Source: Selaginella moellendorffii
Taxonomy: Eukaryota; Plantae; Lycopodiophyta
Reading direction: 5' to 3'
Assembly (NCBI RefSeq): GCF_000143415.4
Contig: NW_003314274.1
Coordinates: forward strand, 1,564,851 to 1,628,850
DNA: 64,000 bases
Part shown: in pieces, positions 26,456 through 35,487 of the stretch
Position numbering within the stretch: position 1 is the first letter of the stretch
Layout: every line of letters starts with the position of its first letter
Translations under genes and position numbers: made by a program
The notes under the pieces: model-generated
What the model was told of the DNA's origin: nothing
Databases searched by the model: none
Seen by the model: the letters and a program-made list of their open reading frames with translations, nothing else

Positions 26456-27667
26456 TCAGTGAAAAGAGGTCCCGGCCCTGTGTATGCTGGACAGGAGTCC
26501 ATACGCACTTGAATCGCCTGAATCTATCGTCGAAGCATGGCCGTGAGCATGAGTACCAATCCCGACTTCGTTGTGGCTCCGGCAAGCACCCAGCAGACAC
26601 CTCCACGACGCAGCATCGGCTTTCGTCGGCATCGACTTCAACAGGTCCTCGGCCGCATCCACCTGACCAATGCGACCGAGGAGGTCGATGAGGCACGAGA
26701 AGTGTTCCAGCGTCGGAGCAATGCAGTGGTCCTCGACCATGGAGTTGAAAAACGTCCAGCCATGTCTCAAGAGCCCCCCGTGGCTGCAAGCCGATAGAAT
26801 GTTGGTGAAGGCAATCTGGTCTAGATCGTTGCCTTCCAGTCTCATCTTCCAGAAGTTTTCCAGTGCGCTGCTGCCTTTGCTTCCTCGAGCGTATGCAGCG
26901 ACCAAAGAGCTCCAGCTTATCGTGTTCGGCGTCTCTAGCTCGGCAAAGACGTTCTTGGCGAGCTCCAAGCAGCCACACTTCCCATACATGTGTACAAGCG
27001 CGTTCCCCAGGACGACGTCGAGCGGCGCTTCTCCGGCGAGTAGAAAGCTCTGGTGGACGAGCTTCCCGTCCCTCAGAGCCCCGGCCTTAGCACAAGCGGA
27101 TAGAACTATCGACAGCGTGCTCTGCGACGGTTTCATCCCTTCCAGGTCCATGAGCTTCAGCAGCTCAAACGCCAGCTCCTTCTGATCGTTTTGTGCGCAG
27201 GCTGCTATGGTTGCACCCCAGGCGTCGAAAGTTGGCTCGGGAATAGTCCGCAGCAGCTTTCTGGAATCCTCTACCTGGCCTCGGAGGCCATAAGCCGCGA
27301 TCATCACTGTCCATGATATGCCGCTCCATCGCGGCATTCTGTCGAACAAGCTCTTGGCAGCCTCGACACACTTGCCATGTCGACCAAACGCAGTGATCAG
27401 TGCGTTCCACGAAACAACAGTCCGCTGCTCCATCCTGTCGAACGTCCGCTTCGCATCGGACACCCTCCCACTCCGGCCATACTCCGATAGCTTGACGTTC
27501 CAGGACCAGACACTGTCCTCCACCTTCGCTGCTTCAGTCGCAAACCTCCGGACGGTGGCATTTTTTGCCACCTTCACGAACAAGGCCCGCGGACATAGAG
27601 ACCGCATATACCTTGCATGAGCAAACCTTGAGCTATAAGGCTCTTGGGCTATATATAAAAGAACCAT
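26456..27667 (-). CDS. PLS-class pentatricopeptide repeat protein with E domain (organelle RNA editing factor-like)
   Basis: Intronless ORF with 'VVSWNALITAF', 'GNALVHMYGKCG', 'ILSACSHGGL', 'EHFSCLIDLLGRIG' and 'WRCLLGACRSH'. Arg/Ala-rich presequence-like N-terminus from the second ATG (27607). Confidence 0.92.
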   Translation of the reverse strand: MVLLYIAQEPYSSRFAHARYMRSLCPRALFVKVAKNATVRRFATEAAKVEDSVWSWNVKLSEYGRSGRVSDAKRTFDRMEQRTVVSWNALITAFGRHGKCVEAAKSLFDRMPRWSGISWTVMIAAYGLRGQVEDSRKLLRTIPEPTFDAWGATIAACAQNDQKELAFELLKLMDLEGMKPSQSTLSIVLSACAKAGALRDGKLVHQSFLLAGEAPLDVVLGNALVHMYGKCGCLELAKNVFAELETPNTISWSSLVAAYARGSKGSSALENFWKMRLEGNDLDQIAFTNILSACSHGGLLRHGWTFFNSMVEDHCIAPTLEHFSCLIDLLGRIGQVDAAEDLLKSMPTKADAASWRCLLGACRSHNEVGIGTHAHGHASTIDSGDSSAYGLLSSIHRAGTSFH

Positions 27668-27717
27668 ACATACCCTGTGTCCGTGAGTTGTGTTGTTGTC
27701 ACAGGGAGCTTGGAGCC

Positions 27718-28926
27718 ATGTCTGAAGACGTTGGAGCTATCCCGGTTGAAATAAAGAAGCTATGCAAGACCCCCTTCATCGCCGGAGCGGTGGCGCTGGA
27801 CAAAACCATCCGGATCAGCTACAAGGTAAACAGGGACTGCTTCGTCTTCGAGCACCCGAGCAAGCTCAAGAACAACATCAGTGATCTCCACCAGGCCTGC
27901 AGCACCAAAAAGGATTACTCCCTCGAAAGGCCAAAAATCATGGCGAGCCTGGGCTTGTCTGGTATCCTGGACGAGGTGAAAACGTTCATGGGACCCGACC
28001 AGTTTGAGCACGAGCTCGTTCGGCTGTCGGTCTTCACGAATAAACACGAGTCGCCGGTATGGAGGAATAAAGGCGAGCACTGCGCCACCCTTTTGGTGCT
28101 GCTGCCAGGATTCCGAGGTGGCGATCTGGTTGTCAAGAACAACGATGGCTTGGAACTCTTCCACGAGTGGCACAACAATGATCTCAACTGGGTGGCAATC
28201 CGGAGAGGGTATGAGTACCAGCTGGAAAAGGTGAGCAAAGGGACCTGTGTGATGCTCACGTACCACATATTCGCTGCTCGAGCTCCAAAGACGATGAAGA
28301 AGGTGTCGCCGGTGCTGCCCGAGTTCTTGGCAAAACTCCACACGAGGGTCGAGCGCAAGGAGGTGTTTGGATTCCCGTGCGAGAACTTGTACCACAAGGC
28401 GCTGCTGGAGACGTGTAGCCCCGAGTGCCTGGCCAAGATGCTGCGCGGCCAGGACGCGGTGCTCTACAGCGCTGCCAAGGCCGCGAAGTTGACGGTGGAG
28501 CTGGTGAAGATCTGGGAGTCCTCCGGGGACGACGAGGGAGAGAAGGACATCTACATCGATCGCGCCTTCAAGGGATTCGAGGTGTCTGGCTACCGGTACA
28601 ACAGGAAGGACGACATCCACCGGATCGAAGATATGATCAATGCCGGGAAGTGCCCCAGGGAAGTGGAGAGGGACGATAACATTGTGTGGGGGCCGGGCAA
28701 GCACCAGTGGCTGACGGGCGCGGTCCACCCCTACGACGACGTGGACGAGGAAGGCGGTGCGGTGACTGGGATTACGAGCGTACACTGCGCCGCCGCGATC
28801 CTAGTGACTGTGTCTGGCGCGACAGTCACCAGGACCAAGACCAAGATGAAGCGAACGCGGCAGGCCGATCAGGAATCCGAACCCGTGGAGAAGAAGGCCA
28901 AGAGCGAGGAATCTAGCAAGGAGTAG
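27718..28926 (+). CDS. Intronless 2OG-Fe(II) oxygenase-fold-like protein with degenerate active site
   Basis: 'ATLLVLLPGFRGGDLVV...WVA....EYQLEKVSKGTCVMLTYHIF' and downstream 'FGFPCENLY...LRGQDA' resemble microbial/fungal P4H-like 2OG oxygenases. TATATAAAA at ~27652; basic C-terminal tail. Confidence 0.6.
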   Translation: MSEDVGAIPVEIKKLCKTPFIAGAVALDKTIRISYKVNRDCFVFEHPSKLKNNISDLHQACSTKKDYSLERPKIMASLGLSGILDEVKTFMGPDQFEHELVRLSVFTNKHESPVWRNKGEHCATLLVLLPGFRGGDLVVKNNDGLELFHEWHNNDLNWVAIRRGYEYQLEKVSKGTCVMLTYHIFAARAPKTMKKVSPVLPEFLAKLHTRVERKEVFGFPCENLYHKALLETCSPECLAKMLRGQDAVLYSAAKAAKLTVELVKIWESSGDDEGEKDIYIDRAFKGFEVSGYRYNRKDDIHRIEDMINAGKCPREVERDDNIVWGPGKHQWLTGAVHPYDDVDEEGGAVTGITSVHCAAAILVTVSGATVTRTKTKMKRTRQADQESEPVEKKAKSEESSKE

Positions 28927-29199
28927 CAGCGAGAGGGCGGGGGAGCCCTAAGCCCAGCCAAGAACCCTAAAGTGGAGGGAGTGGACATTTTTTTTTTCTT
29001 TCCATGCTGACTTTGACTTTATTTGGCTAGAATACGAATTAAACCTTCAAAATCTAAAGTAGATACTGGCTGCTGCTGGAAGGAGCCTGCTTGCTCGTCC
29101 AAATAAGATCAGGCTGGCCGATCGGGGAGGGTAGCAATTTGCTAGAATAGAAAAGATAAATGAACCCCACCTCATCACCTCCAACCTCCCCATCGGGCA

Positions 29200-29650
29200 A
29201 GCCAAGGTCTCCCCGAGGTCATCTGGGAAAGCGACTCAACTCCTTGACTTCCTCCACGCCTCAGCTCAATTCTATCACCCTGCAGTAATACGCAATACCT
29301 CCCTTGTGCATGAGCTGGAAGCACGACGCATCGGAAGTTCACCTGTCAAAGCTCCATTTGATAAAGGAGAACATACTGTTCTTCGACCTCAAGGCAAAAT
29401 CCAGCTCCTCGAACCTGCGCTCAATAGCTTCGCAATCCCCCTTCTTCACCCATTTGATTAGTGGGTTGTTTGCCAGCCAGCCTTGTACCACTTCACAATA
29501 TCTCTCTCTCTGCTGCTTCTCCCAGTAGAACTCGTCTCCCAACATCGAGTGCGTTAACCACTAGTTCTAAGTCCTCATCGTTAAGTTCCGACACACTTCG
29601 CGTTGTCGAGACTTTTTCGCACAGAGCGTCAAGATCTACGCGAACACAAG
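29200..29650 (-). pseudogene. Fragment of an unidentified repeated ORF family (related copies at ~32.5-33.2 kb and ~40.3-41.3 kb)
   Basis: 'ELNDEDLELVVN...NPLIKWVKKGDCEAIERRF' aligns by eye with the minus-strand readings 'GINDENFRQVMN...NPRIKWVNRD*EGIQRSF' and 'DPWIKWVNGDWEVIQYSF'. Confidence 0.45.
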
Positions 29651-32600
29651 GATAATGTTAACTTTAAAGTAATGGCATTCATTTGCTTTGAAGTAGAGGT
29701 GTCTGGGAATTCACCTTCAGAGGCGAGCAGGCTCTTCCTCGTCAAACTTCCCCAAATGTGGAGCCGAAAGAAACGGAGGACAACTGAGCTGCAGGTCGTG
29801 GACGTTGTCAGGAAGAAGCCACAACAACTGCGGACAGTCATCAGCGAGATGGCAATGACGTTTTATAGGGACTCGAAAGGGCTCGCATCGGAGATGGCAC
29901 CAGGATCGCGGCAGCGCAGTGGACGCTCGTAATCCCCTTGCCTTACTCTCGTTCGTAGGGGTGGGCTACTGCTACGTTGGGCTGGCCGCAGTTATCGTGG
30001 CTATCGTTTCTCGGGGGAGAGATCCGGATGCTGTGGGCCGACGAGGATCTCTAAGAATTCTTCCTGATACGGCCGCTTCTTAGCTATTTGGGAAGTTCGA
30101 CGAGGAAGACTTTGGTAATGAATTTATAATCAAATTCATTATATATACATGGTGATGGTACATGGTGAATTTATGTGGTAATGAATTTATAATCAAATAT
30201 TATAATTTTTAAAATAATTTAACATATTACATTTTAGGCTAGCTAGATTACTACAAATATAAATTTTATTTCAATTTGGATCGCCAGGGTCGCCATGGGC
30301 AACCACAACAGTAAGATTTTCAGCTCAAGATTCTTCACTTTGGAGATCAGTCCTCAACGTTGCCAGGCAGATTATAGGTAGCGCCATTCTTTGTTTCTAC
30401 ATTCCTTACCTCACAGGCTTGTCTTCTAAGATCCACCAGCTTCCAGCTTCCAGGACGTTTGCGCAGTCAGATCTAAGTGCTCCAGCTTGTGCTCTCGTTC
30501 GATTTCCTCTTCATGTTGTTCCTTAGAAGGGATTTCAGGAGCTAGAAAACGGAGTTACATAAAAAGAAACTTGGAATACATCTCCGCGCTATGCACACGT
30601 TTGATTAGATGGCTAAAGCTCTGGCGTTCAAAAGTTTGCTAATCATATATCTCAAAACTTTGTTCCAATGGTAAGCATATACTTTTCGCTGACCATAACG
30701 GGCTTGACATGGTTCACTTTCCAATTTGTTGGTACATCAGTTGTACGTAAAGCTTCTAGTTTTGTGCTTGGTATAGATGAACTCCTTTGAATTCTCGAAT
30801 TCAATCCAAATTCAGGCTCTTGCTGTGGTAGTATATACTGAGTTGGAGGATTTGGACTGGGACCTGTTGTGGAGGTGGGGGGTGAACGGCTTCTTGGGAT
30901 CTTCATGGTGGAATCTATAAGATCTAAAACAGAAATTTACATACATTTCAGAACATTTTTGAAGGTTTTCAACATTGTTGCCAGTGGGGAGGTATTGAAA
31001 GAGACCTTGTTGCTTGTGTGGAGGTATTGAGAGAAATGTCAAAAGCAATTTAACAATGTTGTTTTATGACACAGGCTAACAGCGAGCATCCATGGCAATA
31101 GTTAAGTATGAGGGAGTTGAAGAAGCAGTGGTGACCAGAAAACGAGTTTTGGTGGCAGTTAAATTGTTTTCCATTTTCTCAAAGCACGGGCATGGTGGTG
31201 GTGATTGTCAGATGTTATGTAGAAATGCATTGAGTTGGTGGCTAAAGGTTGGAAGAAAAAAACACGGCCGTGGTTGCCACATCGGTGCCTACACCAACAT
31301 GATTGAAATAATCTTTAGCTTAACAACTTTTATCAAGCTTCACAAAGAAATGAAAGACAAATCCAGACACACCTTGTAGCATATAGTTTTTTAAAATTTA
31401 ATTAGTTGCAAAATTAGGTAATTAAATTATGTGGTCTTAATTAGGAAAAATTTTGGGAGTGGGAACAATAGTTATGGTTTGTGTATTAAAGAAAAATAGT
31501 TTTTAGTTTGTTGAAGCAAATGGTAGTGGATATATCTAAAATATGCTGGGATATTTTACCATCTAATGGTTGTTTTCATTTTTACTAATCATGTATTTAT
31601 AATCTGTAAACATATAAACTTTCCTAAACATTTCCTAGTTTTCTATTTTATTCTATTATTTAATAAGATTAATCTTCTGTTTTATATGATAATAAATAAT
31701 AAGAAATATTATTAAGAATTATTAATCTAGTTTGCAATTAGAGTATAAATATTTTCCATTATAGTTTGATCCTATAGCATGAATGGTTTTTCGTATAGTT
31801 GAGCTATGTTTTGTTAATTAAAAATAGTTTTTTTGATCTGATATATGAAACATGGGTGGCTTAAGTTTGTAGCATGTTTACTCCTTGAAAGAAAAACAAA
31901 AATGAAAGCCTTTAAAATAAAAGGTTGCATACCTCTTATTGTAAACATGAAGGACAAAAATAAGAAAAAAAGGCTAATGACAGAGTAAAATTAAAAAGGT
32001 TTTACCAATCATATTGTTGGTGCTCTCATGATCTTGCAATGCATGACTTAGTCTGGCCATAGGGCAGCTATGCATATACAACTAGCTATGGCAGCTATAG
32101 TATTGGCCATGGTAGTAACAACACTTGTTATGGCACCACACCCTTAGTTGAAGACATGTTTTTATCTATGTGGCGGCAAAGAGAGGAGATCCATTGGGAT
32201 ATTCCCCAACATACTTCATCATTCTCTCTCATGTAGGATTCTTCTTGTGCAATTCAAGAAAGAATGTGGCCTCCTAACTCAACTAGTTGGTTTTTCTATC
32301 CAATGAGCAAGTTGGGTAGCCTTGGATTTGCTCATCCTCCCTTGCTGTAGTTGCTTCCACATTTCTTGGAGGGATGCCCAATTGTGCCATATGGCAAATT
32401 TGGGATATTTTGTGGATATATAAGCAAATAGGGGCTAGTATCACCTTGCAGCAGAATTCATTATGTGGGCTGATACATCATTCTTCCCATTTGCTCAGCT
32501 TGTAATAGACATGCACAAAGAAGTGTTGAAGTCCACCATGGTCTGCCATAAAAACCTTTTTGTCAACCTCTTACACTTCACTCAGCAAAGCTTTCTGATC

Positions 32601-33389
32601 GAACAACTTCCCAAAGGTTCTCGATATTACAATCATGGCAAACTAAAAGCCCTTGAAACTCCTCTGAATACCTTCTCAATCCCTGTTCACCCATTTGATC
32701 CGTGGGTTCTCCTTCCTGTTTACCAACCAACCTTATACCTCTTTAGTATGCTTTTGTCTTTGCTGCTCTTCATACATTGCTCTTTAGCAAGGTTTCCATC
32801 TATATCTTTGCTGATGGACTAGTAGACTCCAACCTCATTCATCACTTGTCTGAAGTTCTCATCATTGATACCTAATGCACTTTGGATTTCCAAGTCAGCA
32901 TCAAACTTATGCCTTTGTTCAAGCATGTTTGCAAGTGCCACTATAACACAATGATAATGGTCATGTGATGCCAAGAGAAGCTTTCATTTGCTTACTAGCA
33001 CTGGGTAAGATGACCTTGACATAGAGGACATTAGTATCTAATAATTCACCTTCAAAGGCAAGCCAAAAGAGGGTAGGGTCTTCCTTGAGAAAATGTGGAG
33101 TTGACAAGAATGTCAAAGACAAAGGACAAATGAGCAACTAGTGTAAACAGGTTATGGAATCATTAGGAAGTGGATCTGGCTTGAGACCATCTAGTAGGAA
33201 TGTTGAAGATGAAAGAGCTATTAGTGTAAGTAGGTATTGAAATCATCAAAAAGAATTTTTAGAGTTCCTTCAATGTATAGACCATTTGGAGCTAGCTTGA
33301 GACTATAATACATGTAGAGGTGGTTCTCAATTTGCATCGTCGTTCAACATTAGAAACATGTTGTTGGTGTGTGGCTCTAATTTTCATTA

Positions 33390-34031
33390 GAACTATATTG
33401 TAACACATGTGATTATAGGATGAGATTTAGATATACTATTATTATTGATCCTTTGAACTTTAGGGGATAAATTGGGATTAAATAATTATTAGAGGCTCTT
33501 TAATCAAGAAAATGCCCCTTTTTTAGTTGGTTTAAGAGAAGAGAGATGTGTTATATGTGGTATCAAAATAAATGGCATGGGTTTAATTCATATTAATTAG
33601 TGGCTACTTAAAATATAATATACCCTTAAGCAAGATATATTCCTACCCCTAAATTTGAAATTATATATATTAAGCATCCATGTGTATATCCTTCCTTTTA
33701 TAGAGCATCTACGGATGAAGGTATCTATAGTATGGGTGGATGATTAGTTGACTCATATGGAATAGCTAATTTATATAATAAAAAGATTGATAAATTCAAT
33801 GTGGAAATGAAAGTGTTAGTTCACCTTATCTCAGTAGGGGTTATTAGTCAATAATCAATGAAGACATTGATAGTAATGCATGTGATTATGGGATGAAATT
33901 TAAATATATTATCACCGTGGATCCTTGAAACTTTAGAACATAAATGGGGATAAAATAGTTATTAAAATTTTTTTCATCAAGCAATTGCCCCTTTTTTAGT
34001 TAACTTAAGGGGAGAGAGATAGGGTGCGTTA
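33390..34031 (-). repeat. Old LTR-like repeat, reverse complement of the ~1.3-1.9 kb region, partly duplicated; host of the young chromovirus
   Basis: 33880-34031 and 33410-33560 match the reverse complement of 1762-1910; 33600-33680 matches the 1.34-1.72 kb tandem unit. Confidence 0.7.
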
Positions 34032-34418
34032 TGTCAGGAATCCCCCAATTCTTGCCACATTCTTGACTCTCGCCGGATTCCTGACCTACAAACCACATTC
34101 CTGACTCTCGAGACACTTCCCTATTCCTGACTCTCGAGACACTTCCCTATTCCTGACTCTCGAGACACTTCCAGATTCCTGAGTCTCGAGCCACATTCCT
34201 AATGATGATGTGGCGCCTCCTCGACCTCAGCTATATTTAGGCCGTCCTCGATTCAAAAGTGGTGGAGCTTCATCAACCTATAGTATATATAGGTTAGCCT
34301 TGTTCCATTTCTCCACAATCTGAATCAACACCAGTTTAAGGCCTTTTCTTTGTTTTCACTAGCTTTTTCTCTTTGTCTTTAGCATTTTCCAGTCTTGATC
34401 TTGTTGGGGGTCTTGACA
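34032..34418 (+). repeat. 5' LTR with ~26-bp U3 tandem repeats and TATA-like box
   Basis: 'attcctgactctcgagacacttccct' x3 plus degenerate copies (~34096-34200); 'tatagtatatatagg' at ~34279-34293. Confidence 0.97.
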
Positions 34419-34515
34419 GTTTGATTCAGATTGTGGTTTTTGCTTTTCTTTTAGCTTGCTTTGATTGTTTGATTACCTTTGCCTTTTTTTCCCCCTTTTT
34501 TCTTTCTTCTTGCCA

Positions 34516-35487
34516 ATGGAGTCTCCAAGCCATCCTGATTTCTTTGCTGAAGTCCTTGCAAAAATCCAGTTTGAAAATACCGAGCTGAAGGCGACCCTTC
34601 TTCGCATGCAGCAGGAGCTTGCTTCACTTTCGGCTCAAGGATCTAGCAAAGTTCCTGAACCAAAGGTGAGCTTCCCGGCGAAATTTTCAGGCAAGCGTTC
34701 GGAGCTTTGTGGATTCCTGAACCAGATGGAGTTGATCTTCGCACTTCAACATCGGCGGTACCCTACTCCCGAGTCTCAAATCGGCGTGATTGGGACGTTG
34801 CTCGAAGGTGCAGCTTTGTCATGGTTTTCTCCTCTTTTGGAGAAGAGCATGAAAGGGGTCGTGGTTCCAGAACTGATGGATCTTCAATTGTTCAAAGAGA
34901 AGCTCGAAGCATGTTTTGGCGAGACGGATCGGGTTCGGGCTGCTACCACAAAGATGAGACGTCTCTCTCAGGGGTCTTGTCCTGCCTCGATCTACGCTGC
35001 AGAGTTCCAACTCCTTGCTTTGGACACTCAGTGGGATGAGCAGGCCCTGATTGACCAATTTCGTTTCGGCCTCAACAACGGTGTCAAGGATTTGTTGCTC
35101 ACCATGGAGGATCCCAAGGACCTGTCGGATGCCATCAACAAAGCTGTTCGATGTGACAATCGACTCTTTGAACGTCGTCAGGAAAGTCGCCGCGCCACTG
35201 TTTTTCCGTCCCAGACTTAGGAATCCCAGCTTGAGTCTTTGGGGCATACTCCTGAACCTACTGCTCCGGTTCCGATGGATATTTCTGGTACTCCCCGACT
35301 CATTAAAGGGAAGTTGAGTCCTGCTGAGAAGCAACGTTGAATATCTCATAATCTTTGCCTCTATTGTGCTGATCCTAATCACAAAGAAGCTGTATGTCCC
35401 AAGAAGCCTCCTCGACTGCTCGAGTTCACTCTACCTTAAAGTCCACCTCTATTGCAGTCGGGAAACGACCCTGTCCAAACAGAGTAG
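34516..35487 (+). pseudogene. gag: gag (Retrotrans_gag domain + CCHC zinc knuckle) with in-frame nonsense codons
   Basis: 'PAKFSGKRSELCGFL...LEGAALSWF...LSQG...YAAEF...FRFGL'. Reading through TAG 35218, TGA 35338 and TAA 35437 gives 'PVPMDIS', 'CLYCADPNHKEAVC' and the end 'QSGNDPVQTE*'. Confidence 0.9.

Noticed and set aside
27760-28785. 341-aa antisense ORF over the 2OG-like gene
   Set aside because: Typical stop-poor antisense frame of a high-GC3 gene.
34096-34200. 26-bp repeats resembling a CRISPR array
   Set aside because: No unique spacers, the repeats occur in both LTRs, the context is eukaryotic and there are no cas genes; these are U3 tandem repeats.
35394-35459. ATG at 35394 as the pol start
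   Set aside because: It overlaps the gag zinc knuckle; the slippery site and pseudoknot at 35460 explain pol entry better.
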